This document shows, piece after piece, positions 1-9,965 of a stretch of 64,000 nucleotides of DNA. Source of the stretch: Crocinitomicaceae bacterium (lineage in GTDB: Bacteria > Bacteroidota > Bacteroidia > Flavobacteriales_D > Crocinitomicaceae); assembly GCA_017984635.1 (NCBI GenBank), contig JAGNZC010000007.1:6102-70101 (forward strand). The letters run 5' to 3'. A model generated the notes under the pieces. It was not told the origin of the DNA and made no database searches. It worked only from the letters and a program-made list of their open reading frames with translations. The position numbers and the translations under genes are program-made. Position 1 is the stretch's first letter, and each line of letters starts with the position of its first letter.

Positions 1-297
1 TTGAATGGTCGGCAATCGTTCATAATTTGCAATCTCTTCTTGCACTAATTGCAATGCTTTGGATGCTAAATAATCGTTTCCTACTTCATTCAAGATTTTT
101 TCTTTTAACCAAACAACATGAAGCTCATCAATTGGAATAGTTAAGGCATTCGCTAATTTTTTTACTTGTTCTTTTGTCGGGATGCGTTGACCACTTTCAA
201 ATTTACTAATCAATGCTTGATCGATACCAATGTTTTGTGCTAATTCACGGGTACGGATTCCTTTTTGAATACGGGCATTTCTCAATAAATTCTTCAT
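1..297 (-). CDS. XRE-family helix-turn-helix transcriptional regulator, 5' part only (gene runs off the left edge)
   Basis: Not in the ORF track because there is no stop inside the window. Reverse-strand translation from the ATG at 295-297 gives 99 codons: MKNLLRNARIQKGIRTRELAQNIGIDQALISKFESGQRIPTKEQVKKLANALTIPIDELHVVWLKEK... This is the canonical Cro/C1-type HTH pattern. Confidence 0.6.
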   Translation of the reverse strand, partial: MKNLLRNARIQKGIRTRELAQNIGIDQALISKFESGQRIPTKEQVKKLANALTIPIDELHVVWLKEKILNEVGNDYLASKALQLVQEEIANYERLPTIQ

Positions 298-318
298 GAT
301 TGACAATTATTTTCTTGA

Positions 319-326
319 CAAATTTA
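319..326 (-). promoter_or_regulatory. candidate -7 promoter box (TAAATTTG) for the XRE gene
   Basis: Reverse strand reads TAAATTTG, matching the Bacteroidota sigma-A -7 consensus TAnnTTTG, 21 nt upstream of the ATG. A TTGACAA direct repeat lies at 300-306 and 315-321. No clear -33 TTTG. Confidence 0.3.
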
Positions 327-378
327 GTCATATTTTTTAGACTAATTCCTCTTTTCCAAATTTTTAACATTTCAAAAA

Positions 379-1005
379 TTAGTGGTGTTGAATTACACGG
401 ATTACTTTTGGATCTTTAGGGTCCAATCCTAAACTATCTGCCACTTCTTTTGCGCGAATCGCTTGGTCTACAGTTAAGTCTGTTGTGTCTGAATCCTGTT
501 TAAAAGCATTTTTCAAAAATATGGAACTACTTTCCAAACCAGGTATTGTTGTTGTAGAAAAAGTTTTTACTGGATTGTATAAAACGGAATTGTCTTTTTG
601 TTCTTTCGGTAAAAAATGACTTTTTTCGTCATACGATTCAAAAATGACCAATAAAATACTAACAAAATAGAGCATTTTTACAATCGAAAAAAGCAAACCG
701 AAAAATTTATTCAGCGGACTTAAATGCACCACTTTAATAACTTTTTCAATTGCTTTGCCCGCGAAATAAACCATCGCACCTACTGCTAAAAAAACTAGTG
801 TAAACGAAACGATTGGTAAATAAACACTATCCCATTCAAATGTTTTCTTCAAATAATTAGCAACAAAATCAGAGAAATGAATACCTACGTATAATCCTAC
901 AAACAAAGCTAAAAGTGTAAATACTTCAATAATTAATCCTTGTTTAAAGCCTTTGTAAGCCGCATAAATTATCGGTACACAAATAATAATATCTATAAAA
1001 TTCAT
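379..1005 (-). CDS. cvpA: CvpA family membrane protein
   Basis: 208-aa ORF. The N-terminus MNFIDIIICVPIIYAAYKGFKQGLIIEVFTLLALFVGLY and about four hydrophobic helices fit the CvpA (colicin V production) family, followed by a soluble C-terminal tail. Confidence 0.8.
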   Translation of the reverse strand: MNFIDIIICVPIIYAAYKGFKQGLIIEVFTLLALFVGLYVGIHFSDFVANYLKKTFEWDSVYLPIVSFTLVFLAVGAMVYFAGKAIEKVIKVVHLSPLNKFFGLLFSIVKMLYFVSILLVIFESYDEKSHFLPKEQKDNSVLYNPVKTFSTTTIPGLESSSIFLKNAFKQDSDTTDLTVDQAIRAKEVADSLGLDPKDPKVIRVIQHH

Positions 1006-1145
1006 AACTCGAAGTTAGATGAAAACGAATCATCTAAGGAATGAAATATTTAATTTTCTTAACGATGATTTGTTAACGTTAAGCTTATCAAGCTAAATAT
1101 TAAGATAAATTAGCAAAAAGAAATTTGTAACTCAGCACACTTTCG

Positions 1146-1153
1146 TATTTTTG
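1146..1153 (+). promoter_or_regulatory. candidate -7 promoter box (TATTTTTG)
   Basis: Matches TAnnTTTG and ends 5 nt before the ATG at 1159, which implies a leaderless or near-leaderless transcript. Confidence 0.35.
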
Positions 1154-1158
1154 CACCT

Positions 1159-1515
1159 ATGGATTACGACATTGAATTACGTTTTCAAAAATTAAAAGCG
1201 CACCTTGAAGAAAAGTATGGCGAAGGAATGGATGTTCAAGCAATTCTTTTCTTAATCGGAGTGAATGAATTAGGAATAGGGTACAAGAATTTTACAAAAG
1301 CAGAAAAGACTGATTTGTTTCACATCGCTATTTGCACCTTATTAGAACCCTATGGCTATTACGAGTTTGAAGGGCGCGATCCTGAAAATTGGCCACATTT
1401 TAAATTAAACAAATTATTACCAACTCTTGAACACAGAGAACAACAGCATTTATTAAAAGAATCAATGTTGGATTATTTTGTTCAAAACGACTACTATACA
1501 GAAGAAATAGTCTAA
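1159..1515 (+). CDS. hypothetical cytoplasmic protein, 118 aa
   Basis: Clean ORF with its own -7 box. Acidic, with no signal peptide or TM helix. No family recognised. Confidence 0.55.
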   Translation: MDYDIELRFQKLKAHLEEKYGEGMDVQAILFLIGVNELGIGYKNFTKAEKTDLFHIAICTLLEPYGYYEFEGRDPENWPHFKLNKLLPTLEHREQQHLLKESMLDYFVQNDYYTEEIV

Positions 1516-1526
1516 AGGTTTTAACG

Positions 1527-1534
1527 TATATTTG
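1527..1534 (+). promoter_or_regulatory. candidate -7 promoter box (TATATTTG) for rseP
   Basis: Matches TAnnTTTG, 22 nt upstream of the ATG at 1557. Confidence 0.4.
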
Positions 1535-1556
1535 TACTACACATCAAAAAATTAAC

Positions 1557-2897
1557 ATGGATTTTCTTATTAAAGCAGCACAATTAATTCTTTCTTTATC
1601 TATATTGGTTATTCTCCACGAATTTGGGCATTTCATCCCTGCTCGACTATTTAAAACACGTGTAGAAAAATTTTATTTATTTTTTAATCCTTGGTTTTCA
1701 ATCTTCAAAAAGAAAATTGGGGATACAGAATGGGGAATTGGTTGGTTACCATTAGGTGGTTTTGTGAAAATTGCTGGAATGGTGGATGAATCAATGGATA
1801 AAGAGCAATTGGCACAACCAGCTCAACCTTGGGAATTCCGTTCCAAACCAGCTTGGCAACGTTTAATCATCATGTTAGGAGGTGTTACTGTGAATTTAGT
1901 ATTAGGAATGTTCATCTACATATGTGTTGTGTTTGCTTATGGAGAAGATAAATTAAACCCTACAGACATCCAAAATGGATTGGCGATACATCCTTACATG
2001 GAAAAATATGGATTCAATTCAGGTGATAATATCATTGCTGTAGATGGTAAAAAAGTAGAAAACGTCTTAGATTTAAATGCTCAATTGATGTTGCGCGATG
2101 CACAACAATTTACAGTAAAAAAACAAGATGGATCATTAAAAACAATACAACTTCCAAAAGAAATTGCACAAGAATTATTTCAAAATGGCGCAATGGCTGT
2201 GTTTTCGCCACGATCTAAAGGAATAGAAATTAAGGAAATAGAGAAAAAATCACCTGCCGCTAAAACAAAAATACAAGCAGGCGACAAAGTAATTGCAGTA
2301 AATGGTGAAAAACTAGTCTTTTCAGATGAATTTCAACATGCAGTTTACAATCGAAAAGGCAAAACAACACTATTAACCCTTTCTAGAAAAGGTAAATTGT
2401 TAGATGTAGCCATCCCAATTCCAGCGAAAGGTGAATTTGCAGGTCGCATTGGAATTAGCCATATTCCAACTTCAATCGTTGATTTAAAAATGGCGAAACA
2501 TGTTACATATGGTTTCGGTGAAAGTATTGGAAGAGGAATTGCAAAAGGTAAAAACACATTAACGGATTACATCGCTCAATTCAAATTTGTATTCACAAAA
2601 AAAGGTGCTACTTCAATTGGTGGATTTGGCTCAATTGGTAATTTATTTCCAGCTTCATGGGACTGGCAAATTTTTTGGTTAAATACCGCATTTATTTCCA
2701 TCGTGTTAGCTTTCATGAATATCTTGCCGATTCCGGCATTAGATGGAGGACATGTTGTATTCTTATTGTATGAAATTGTAACAGGAAAAGAAGCTCCTCA
2801 AAAAGTTTTAGAGTACGCTCAATACGTTGGTTTCTTTTTATTAATGGGCTTGTTGTTGTATGCAAACGGAAATGACTTAGTTCGTTGGTTATTCTAA
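1557..2897 (+). CDS. rseP: RIP metalloprotease RseP (M50 site-2 protease)
   Basis: 446 aa. HEFGHF (HExxH) zinc site in the first TM helix, a central PDZ-like region, and the C-terminal NILPIPALDGGHV motif. Confidence 0.9.
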   Translation: MDFLIKAAQLILSLSILVILHEFGHFIPARLFKTRVEKFYLFFNPWFSIFKKKIGDTEWGIGWLPLGGFVKIAGMVDESMDKEQLAQPAQPWEFRSKPAWQRLIIMLGGVTVNLVLGMFIYICVVFAYGEDKLNPTDIQNGLAIHPYMEKYGFNSGDNIIAVDGKKVENVLDLNAQLMLRDAQQFTVKKQDGSLKTIQLPKEIAQELFQNGAMAVFSPRSKGIEIKEIEKKSPAAKTKIQAGDKVIAVNGEKLVFSDEFQHAVYNRKGKTTLLTLSRKGKLLDVAIPIPAKGEFAGRIGISHIPTSIVDLKMAKHVTYGFGESIGRGIAKGKNTLTDYIAQFKFVFTKKGATSIGGFGSIGNLFPASWDWQIFWLNTAFISIVLAFMNILPIPALDGGHVVFLLYEIVTGKEAPQKVLEYAQYVGFFLLMGLLLYANGNDLVRWLF

Positions 2898-2914
2898 AAA
2901 TTAAGATTACTTCT

Positions 2915-3580
2915 ATGAAATCATTTTTCATTATATTATCAGTTCTTTTTGTTGCTTTCTCTACAAAAGCACAACTTACAGAAGGACACTTTTCTTATTC
3001 AATTGAAATGAAAAGTGATAATCCAGACATGCAAATGGCGATTGGAATGATGCAAGAGTCTACGATGGATTTATTTGTATTAGGACCTAAGACACGCGTT
3101 GACATGAAAATGGGGACGATGATGGGACTTTCAACAATCACTGATCAATCAGATAAAGTAATTATGCTTATGAATGGTATGATTGGTAAAAACGCGATCG
3201 TTACGTCTGTTAGTGAATTAGAAAAAAACAAAGCTGACTTTCCAGAACCAACTTTAACTTTCATTGATGAGTCCAAAAATATTAAAGGCTTTACATGTAA
3301 AAAAGCACTATTAACAGATGCAGATGGAAACGAATCGTTGTTTTGGTATACCGAGGAAATCGTTGTGTCTAAAAAAGGTCAAAGTTATTTAAGTTCAAAA
3401 GTGCCTGGATTTCCTTTGGAATATTCAATTAATGTAAATGGTATGACACTGGTTTTAACTGTTAAAGACATTGTGAAGAAATTAGATAAACAACAAAAGA
3501 AATTTTTTGACCTTAAAATTCCTGAAGGATATACTGAAATTACCTTAGAAGAGTTACAAGGATTAGGAGGCTTGCAATAA
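2915..3580 (+). CDS. secreted hypothetical protein
   Basis: The ORF track starts at TTG 2885, overlapping rseP. The ATG at 2915 gives the signal peptide MKSFFIILSVLFVAFSTKAQ. The mature part is M/T/K-rich and no family was recognised. Confidence 0.6.
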   Translation: MKSFFIILSVLFVAFSTKAQLTEGHFSYSIEMKSDNPDMQMAIGMMQESTMDLFVLGPKTRVDMKMGTMMGLSTITDQSDKVIMLMNGMIGKNAIVTSVSELEKNKADFPEPTLTFIDESKNIKGFTCKKALLTDADGNESLFWYTEEIVVSKKGQSYLSSKVPGFPLEYSINVNGMTLVLTVKDIVKKLDKQQKKFFDLKIPEGYTEITLEELQGLGGLQ

Positions 3581-3581
3581 G

Positions 3582-4511
3582 TTATTTTAAAAACTCAATA
3601 TTTCGCTTTAACCCTTCAAATTTTGTGCGTTTCACAGCACTCAGCTTAAACATATCTGAAAAAATTTCATGGGTTAATTCTTTCCAGTCTTTTGTTGATA
3701 ATGAAAGTAAATCTGCATGCGGATTAAACCTTGGTTCATTGTGTGGTTTTGAAAAACGATTCCATGGACAAACATCCTGACAAACATCACACCCAAAAGC
3801 CCAATTATCCATTTTTCCTTTAAATTCATTTGGGAGAATTGCGTCTTTCAACTCAATTGTAAGGTAGGAAATGCATTTAGAGGCATCAATCTTATACGGT
3901 TCAATTAATGCTTCTGTAGGACAAGCGTCGATACATCTTGTACATGTTCCACAATAATCTTTGATGGGCCCATCTTCTTGTAATTCAAGATCCAAAATTA
4001 ATTCTGCAATAAAGAAAAACGAGCCATTTTTAGGATGAATAATGTTGGTGTTTTTTCCCATCCAACCCATTCCTGATTGTTTTGCCCAAGCTTTGTCCAT
4101 CACAGGTGCAGAATCTACAAAAATTCGACCTCCCACTTCACCAATTGCTTGTTGTATAAAAGTGAAAAGTTCCTTTAGTTTATCTTTTATTACAAAATGA
4201 TAATCTTCTCCAAACGCATACTTAGAAATTTTAGGAGCAAAAAGATCTTTTTGTCGGTTTTCAGGGAAATAATTTAATGCTAATGAAACAACACTCTTAG
4301 CATCATCAACTAGCAAACGTGGATCTAAACGTTTATCAAAATGGTTTTCCATATAGGACATTATACCATTTTTTTGTTCCTTCAACCATTGTTCCAAATG
4401 GCTTGCTTCTTGTTCTAAAAAACCTGCTTTAGAAATACCACAATAAAAAAATCCTAAATCGTTGGATTTTTGTTTTATGAGTTGAGAGTAATATGCGGAA
4501 GGTTTATCCAA
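3582..4511 (-). CDS. queG: epoxyqueuosine reductase QueG
   Basis: 309 aa. Two ferredoxin-type motifs ([12 protein letters not shown] and [11 protein letters not shown]) plus a QueG-like N-terminal region. Confidence 0.9.
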   Translation of the reverse strand: MDKPSAYYSQLIKQKSNDLGFFYCGISKAGFLEQEASHLEQWLKEQKNGIMSYMENHFDKRLDPRLLVDDAKSVVSLALNYFPENRQKDLFAPKISKYAFGEDYHFVIKDKLKELFTFIQQAIGEVGGRIFVDSAPVMDKAWAKQSGMGWMGKNTNIIHPKNGSFFFIAELILDLELQEDGPIKDYCGTCTRCIDACPTEALIEPYKIDASKCISYLTIELKDAILPNEFKGKMDNWAFGCDVCQDVCPWNRFSKPHNEPRFNPHADLLSLSTKDWKELTHEIFSDMFKLSAVKRTKFEGLKRNIEFLK

Positions 4512-4521
4512 CTAATTGGTA

Positions 4522-5547
4522 TTAAAACAATCCACCTTGAATCCAACCTGATTCTTTTCCTAAATGTCTAAATGCTTTTTCAGTGGCTTTTCTACCTCTT
4601 GGCGTTCGCATTAAAAATCCTTCTTGAATTAAAAAAGGTTCATAGACTTCTTCTAAAGTACCTGCATTTTCTCCAATTGCAGTAGCAATAGTTGTTAAAC
4701 CTACAGGTCCTCCACTAAATTTATCAATAATCACTTTTAAGATTCGGATATCCATTTCATCTAAGCCGTTTTCATCTACATTTAACGCTTTTAATGCAAA
4801 ATCAGTTATAGCTTTATCAATAATACCACTTCCTTTAATTTGTGCAAAATCACGTACTCTTCTTAATAAAGCATTTGCAATTCTTGGAGTACCACGACTT
4901 CGACTAGCAATTTGAAAAGCAGCATCTTCATCAATTGGTATGGCTAATAAATTGGCAGAACGTTCTACAATTAAGGTCAATGTTTTAGAGTCATAATACT
5001 CTAAACGAGAATTAATGCCAAAACGAGCTCTTAATGGGGATGTCAATAAACCTGAACGAGTTGTTGCGCCAATTAATGTAAAAGGATTCAATGTGATTTG
5101 AACACTTCGAGCGTTGGGTCCACTATCAATTAATATATCAATGCAATAATCTTCCATTGCAGAATATAAATATTCTTCAACAACAGGACTTAAGCGATGA
5201 ATTTCATCTATGAATAAAACATCTCCAACATTTAAATTGGTTAACAAGCCAGCTAAATCACCAGGTTTATCTAAAACAGGACCGCTCGTTACTTTAAAAC
5301 CTACACCTAACTCATTTGCTATAATATTTGCTAAAGTTGTTTTACCGAGTCCAGGAGGCCCATGTAACAAAACATGATCTAAAGGTTCGTTACGAAGCGT
5401 TGCCGCTTGTACAAATATTTCTAAATTTTCGACAACAGTAGGTTGACCTGCAAAGTCTGTTAACCTTTTTGGTCGCAATACTTTGTCAAAATCCTGTTCA
5501 GCATTAGCTGCAGCTTCTTCTCTATAATCAAATGATTCGTCTTCCAC
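4522..5547 (-). CDS. ruvB: Holliday junction branch migration helicase RuvB
   Basis: 341 aa with a GTG start. Walker [10 protein letters not shown], Walker B LFIDEIH, and a RuvB-type C-terminal winged-helix region. Confidence 0.95.
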   Translation of the reverse strand: MEDESFDYREEAAANAEQDFDKVLRPKRLTDFAGQPTVVENLEIFVQAATLRNEPLDHVLLHGPPGLGKTTLANIIANELGVGFKVTSGPVLDKPGDLAGLLTNLNVGDVLFIDEIHRLSPVVEEYLYSAMEDYCIDILIDSGPNARSVQITLNPFTLIGATTRSGLLTSPLRARFGINSRLEYYDSKTLTLIVERSANLLAIPIDEDAAFQIASRSRGTPRIANALLRRVRDFAQIKGSGIIDKAITDFALKALNVDENGLDEMDIRILKVIIDKFSGGPVGLTTIATAIGENAGTLEEVYEPFLIQEGFLMRTPRGRKATEKAFRHLGKESGWIQGGLF

Positions 5548-5558
5548 GCTTCTAAATT

Positions 5559-5600
5559 ACAAAAAATAAAAAAGCCTTCCATCAAATGATAGAAGGCTTT
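5559..5600 (-). terminator. rho-independent terminator after ctaD
   Basis: Reverse strand: AAAGCCTTC, a 12-nt loop, GAAGGCTTT, then TTTATTTTTTG. It sits about 15 nt after the ctaD stop. Confidence 0.6.
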
Positions 5601-5615
5601 CTTTAATAAATTTAT

Positions 5616-7436
5616 TTAGTGTTCCTCTTCACCATCTGCTAATGGCACATTTTGAGGAATAAAATCAGTATCTGATCCTGGTTTTGAATAATCATAAGGC
5701 CATCTGTGAACAGTTGGTAATTCTCCTGGCCAGTTTCCATGAACATGTTCTACAGGTGTTGTCCATTCCAATGTATTTGAACTCCAAGGATTCATCGGTG
5801 CTTTAGGCCCTCTGTAGATACTATAGAAGAAATTAAACAAGAAGAATACTTGACCGATTGCAGCAATAATGGCGAAAATTGTAATAATCACATTTAAGTC
5901 CATAATCATTTCATATGAATTTGTGTCAAAATCACCATATGCTGAGTAATCATAATATCTTCTAGGTGCACCTGCAATTCCAACGAAATGCATTGGGAAG
6001 AATACACCATAAGCACCAACTAAAGTAATCCAGAAGTGAACATACCCTAAACGCGTATTCATCATTCTTCCAAACATTTTAGGGAACCAATGGTAAACAC
6101 CACCAAACATTCCAAATACTGCAGACATACCCATTACAATATGGAAGTGAGCTACAACAAAGTAGGTATCATGCAACATAATATCTAAAGCAGAATCTGC
6201 AAGGATAATTCCTGTTACACCACCTGTTATAAACGTTGATACTAACCCTACAGCAAATAACATTGCAGGTGTTAAAACCAAAGATCCTTTCCATAATGTT
6301 GTTAAATAATTAAATACTTTAACCGCTGAAGGAATCGCAATTAACAATGTTGTAAATACGAATACACTACCTAAGAATGGATTCATACCTGTAACGAACA
6401 TGTGATGTCCCCAAACAATAAAGGATAAGAAACCAATTGCTAAAATAGATCCGATCATCGCTCTGTATCCAAAAATAGGTTTTCTTGAGTTAGTAGCAAT
6501 AATTTCAGATGATAAACCTAATGCAGGTAATAATACAATATAAACCTCTGGGTGACCTAAGAACCAAAATAAATGTTGGTACAAAATTGGTGATCCACCA
6601 TGATTCGTTAACATTTCACCACCTACGATGATATCTGATAAGTAAAAACTAGTACCAGCTAGACGGTCCATAATTAATAATAAAGCCGCTGATAATAAAA
6701 CTGGGAAAGATAATACACCTAAAATTGCTGTTACAAAGAACGCCCAAATTGTTAATGGCATTCTAGTCATTTTCATTCCTGCAGTTCTTAAATTTAATAC
6801 AGTAACGATGTAATTCAAAGAACCTATTAAAGAAGATGCAATGAAAATAGCCATAGAGAATAACCACAATGTCATACCTGTTCCAGAACCACTTACTGCT
6901 TGAGGTAATGCAGACAAAGGAGGATAAATTGTCCAACCAGCCATTGCAGGGCCTGATTCTACAAACAATGAAACTAACATTAATATTGAAGACAATAAAA
7001 AGAACCAGTAAGACAACATGTTTAAGAAACCTGATGCCATATCTCTTGCTCCTAATTGCAATGGAATTAATAAATTCGAGAACGTTCCAGATAAACCTCC
7101 TGTTAATAAGAAGAATACCATAATTGTTCCATGAATAGTAACTAATCCTAAATACATATCTTCTTTCAACACACCACCTGGAGCCCAAGTTTCACCTAAA
7201 AAGAAAGATAGAAAATCAGAACTTTCGCCTGGCCAAGCCAATTGAATTCTAAATAAAATTGAAAGTAACATCGCAACAAGTCCCATAAAAACCGCAGTTA
7301 ATAGGAATTGTTTTCCGATCATTTTATGATCTTGGCTGAAGATGTACTTTGATACAAAACTTTCTTCATGGTGTCCGTGATCATGGTGTCCATGTGCTTC
7401 GTGATGTCCGTGTGCTTCGTGCGTTACTGCCGCCAT
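5616..7436 (-). CDS. ctaD: cytochrome c oxidase subunit I (heme-copper oxidase)
   Basis: 606 aa, polytopic. Signatures WFLGHPEVY, WGHHMF (CuB His pair) and VVAHFHIVM (heme His ligands). His-rich N-terminal extension. Confidence 0.95.
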   Translation of the reverse strand: MAAVTHEAHGHHEAHGHHDHGHHEESFVSKYIFSQDHKMIGKQFLLTAVFMGLVAMLLSILFRIQLAWPGESSDFLSFFLGETWAPGGVLKEDMYLGLVTIHGTIMVFFLLTGGLSGTFSNLLIPLQLGARDMASGFLNMLSYWFFLLSSILMLVSLFVESGPAMAGWTIYPPLSALPQAVSGSGTGMTLWLFSMAIFIASSLIGSLNYIVTVLNLRTAGMKMTRMPLTIWAFFVTAILGVLSFPVLLSAALLLIMDRLAGTSFYLSDIIVGGEMLTNHGGSPILYQHLFWFLGHPEVYIVLLPALGLSSEIIATNSRKPIFGYRAMIGSILAIGFLSFIVWGHHMFVTGMNPFLGSVFVFTTLLIAIPSAVKVFNYLTTLWKGSLVLTPAMLFAVGLVSTFITGGVTGIILADSALDIMLHDTYFVVAHFHIVMGMSAVFGMFGGVYHWFPKMFGRMMNTRLGYVHFWITLVGAYGVFFPMHFVGIAGAPRRYYDYSAYGDFDTNSYEMIMDLNVIITIFAIIAAIGQVFFLFNFFYSIYRGPKAPMNPWSSNTLEWTTPVEHVHGNWPGELPTVHRWPYDYSKPGSDTDFIPQNVPLADGEEEH

Positions 7437-7465
7437 TGTATTTCTAATTAAAATTATTAAATCGA

Positions 7466-8713
7466 TTAATTAACTGCAACCATTGCAGTATCAGTTCCAA
7501 CTGCTAAAGTATCAGCAGGAGCACTTGGTGCAGCTACTGTGAAATATTTATCTCTAAATGTTTGTTTTGCTTTAGATTTCATCCAAGCTTTGTATTCATT
7601 TTGAGGTAAAACAACTACAATCATTTTCATTTTGTAATGTGCTCCACCACAAATTTTGTTACACAATAAAACAAATTGGAATTTATCGTCTTTTTTCTTT
7701 TCACGCATTTGTTTTGTCGTAATATCAGGAGTGAATTTAAAACGAGTCGTTAATCCAGGAACCGTATTCATTTGTGCTCTAAAGTGAGGAAAATGAGCCG
7801 AGTGAATTACATCTTTTGCTCTAAAATTAAATTCATATTGCTTATTCACACACAAATACAAAGTGTCTTTTTGAATGATATCATCCCAAGCACTTGCATC
7901 AATTTTAGCTGAATGACGCTCTTTCATTTGGTGTAACAAACGAATCAAACGAGATTTACGTGCTAAATCATTTTGCATTTTTTCTAAATCTTCAGGAACA
8001 AAGATCAATGTTCTATCGTTTAATTTTGTTTCCAAAGCTTTGATTCCAGTTGGACCATTTTCCATAGCGAAAATTGCGCTATCGATTGTTTGAGTTGTCA
8101 TCAAGGCTAACTCATTGTTGTCAGTTGTTAATTTATAATCAAATCGACCTAAATTATTATCAACTCCAGCATAACGAGCTGTCCAATCAAATTGTTTAGA
8201 GAATAATTCAATACGAATTGCCTCATTATCTGCATAACTAGTTGATTCATTCCACTGTTTCAAACCTAATATAATAATCACAGCCAAAACAACTGCTGGA
8301 ATGATTGTCCAAATCATTTCTAATTTGTTACTATGAGAAAAATAGACTGCTTTAACACCCGCTTTTCTAACATATTTGTAAACAAAGTAAAACAACAAGG
8401 TATTTGTTAAAAAGAATATTGCAATAATAATTACAAAATTCAAGTTTAATAACCAATCAATACCATCACCATGAACAGATGCAGATTCTCCTCTACCTGT
8501 CCAACCGTAAGTTGCCATTAAATAAATAAATCCAGCGTAAAACAAGAACATAAACAACAACATCAATTTTGCATTCAAATTGTTGTCACGTGTGCTAATT
8601 TCATGTTCACCACGTTTTCTAAGTTTAGAAGAAAGTTCATAAACGCGAACCAATTGAGCAATTGCAATTACTCCTAAAACTATAACGATCAAAGTTATTA
8701 ATTTACTTCCCAT
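7466..8713 (-). CDS. ctaC: cytochrome c oxidase subunit II (no fused cytochrome c)
   Basis: 415 aa. N-terminal TM helices and a C-terminal cupredoxin with CuA ligands (HSAHFPHF ... CNKICGGAHYKM). No CxxCH motif. Confidence 0.85.
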   Translation of the reverse strand: MGSKLITLIVIVLGVIAIAQLVRVYELSSKLRKRGEHEISTRDNNLNAKLMLLFMFLFYAGFIYLMATYGWTGRGESASVHGDGIDWLLNLNFVIIIAIFFLTNTLLFYFVYKYVRKAGVKAVYFSHSNKLEMIWTIIPAVVLAVIIILGLKQWNESTSYADNEAIRIELFSKQFDWTARYAGVDNNLGRFDYKLTTDNNELALMTTQTIDSAIFAMENGPTGIKALETKLNDRTLIFVPEDLEKMQNDLARKSRLIRLLHQMKERHSAKIDASAWDDIIQKDTLYLCVNKQYEFNFRAKDVIHSAHFPHFRAQMNTVPGLTTRFKFTPDITTKQMREKKKDDKFQFVLLCNKICGGAHYKMKMIVVVLPQNEYKAWMKSKAKQTFRDKYFTVAAPSAPADTLAVGTDTAMVAVN

Positions 8714-8741
8714 CTCTTTTGTATAACTTTACTATAATAAA

Positions 8742-9944
8742 TTAAATTTCGTGGTGAATACTTTCATCTAAGAAAGGGTGATTCACCGGTGTTAATGGAG
8801 CTTTCGTTAAATTATTCAAAATAATTCGAATAAATAAACCAGCAATTAACAATGCCATACCAATTTCTAAAAATCCGATTTTTGCATTAGCTCCTAAAGA
8901 ACCAGCAGATACCATAATGTATACATCTAACCAGTGTCCAACTAAGATAACTAAACCAACAAATGTTAAAATTCGAACATTTCTTTTTGCATCTCTTGAC
9001 ATTAAAATCAACATTGGGAATGCAAAGTTAATGAAGAACATAGAGAAATATAAAATTTTAAAGTTTTCAATACGCATCATGTAATACGTAACTTCTTCTC
9101 CAATGTTCGCATACCAAATCAACATGAATTGTGAGAACCATAAATATGACCACAAGAAAGAAGTCGCAAACGTCCATTTACCTAAATCATGAATATGACT
9201 GTCGTTTACTTTAGGTAAATATCCTAATGATTTCAAATATGTTGTTAATAATACTAAAACAACCATTGTAGAAACCCACATTCCTGCAAATGTATACCAT
9301 CCAAATAAAGTAGAGAACCAATGAACATCAATTGACATTAACCAATCCCAAGCAGAAGTAGAACTAAATACAGCAAAGAAAACTAAGAAAGTTGCTCCTT
9401 TACGGTAATTTTTAAAGTGAATTTCTGTTCCTCCTACACGATCTTCTTCTAACGAACGATTTCTAAAGCCTCTCAAGAATAAGAAATAAACTGATAAATA
9501 AACAATTGTTCTAATCCAGAAAAATCCTTTATTTAAGTAAGCAGCTTTACCAGCAATGATTTCATCGTAATGATGAGAACTTGGATTAGTCATTTCTGGA
9601 TCCATCCATGTGTAAATGTGTGCTCCGTCCATGAACGTAATTGTTAACAATGATAAAGCTAACAACGCCATTCCATATGGTAAGAAACCTGCAACAGCTT
9701 CAATTACACGTTTCACTGCTGCATACCATCCTGTTTCTGTAGCATATTGTAATGCTAAAAAGAACAATGCTCCTAAACCAATTGCAAAGAAAAAGAAACT
9801 ATTGATTAATCCGTTTGTCAATAAACGTGTTGCAAAATGATGATCATTCATACTTGTGAACACACCTATCGCTGTAAACAAAAGTCCAACTCCAATTAGG
9901 ATAACTGTTAAACGTTTTGCTTTATTAGATACTGAGAATTCCAT
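8742..9944 (-). CDS. actF: alternative complex III subunit ActF-like membrane protein
   Basis: 400-aa polytopic membrane protein directly downstream of actE and upstream of ctaC. Called from its position in the act cluster and its NrfD-like topology. Confidence 0.7.
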   Translation of the reverse strand: MEFSVSNKAKRLTVILIGVGLLFTAIGVFTSMNDHHFATRLLTNGLINSFFFFAIGLGALFFLALQYATETGWYAAVKRVIEAVAGFLPYGMALLALSLLTITFMDGAHIYTWMDPEMTNPSSHHYDEIIAGKAAYLNKGFFWIRTIVYLSVYFLFLRGFRNRSLEEDRVGGTEIHFKNYRKGATFLVFFAVFSSTSAWDWLMSIDVHWFSTLFGWYTFAGMWVSTMVVLVLLTTYLKSLGYLPKVNDSHIHDLGKWTFATSFLWSYLWFSQFMLIWYANIGEEVTYYMMRIENFKILYFSMFFINFAFPMLILMSRDAKRNVRILTFVGLVILVGHWLDVYIMVSAGSLGANAKIGFLEIGMALLIAGLFIRIILNNLTKAPLTPVNHPFLDESIHHEI

Positions 9945-9965
9945 CTTAACTAATTAAACTGATTA

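Noticed and set aside
1-1005. XRE regulator plus CvpA as a toxin-antitoxin or defence pair
   Set aside because: CvpA is a conserved housekeeping membrane protein. The two genes are separated by an 81-nt spacer with its own promoter-like box, and nothing toxin-like is visible.
2885-2914. TTG-extended N-termini reported by the ORF track (2885, 26565, 30255, 49099, 50591)
   Set aside because: In each case a nearby in-frame ATG yields a canonical signal peptide or protein N-terminus and removes an overlap with the upstream gene.
6763-7188. Out-of-frame and antisense ORFs inside ctaD (6763-7188, 6869-7123), with similar ones inside actB, actA and actC
   Set aside because: They lie entirely within confidently identified conserved genes and have no independent support.
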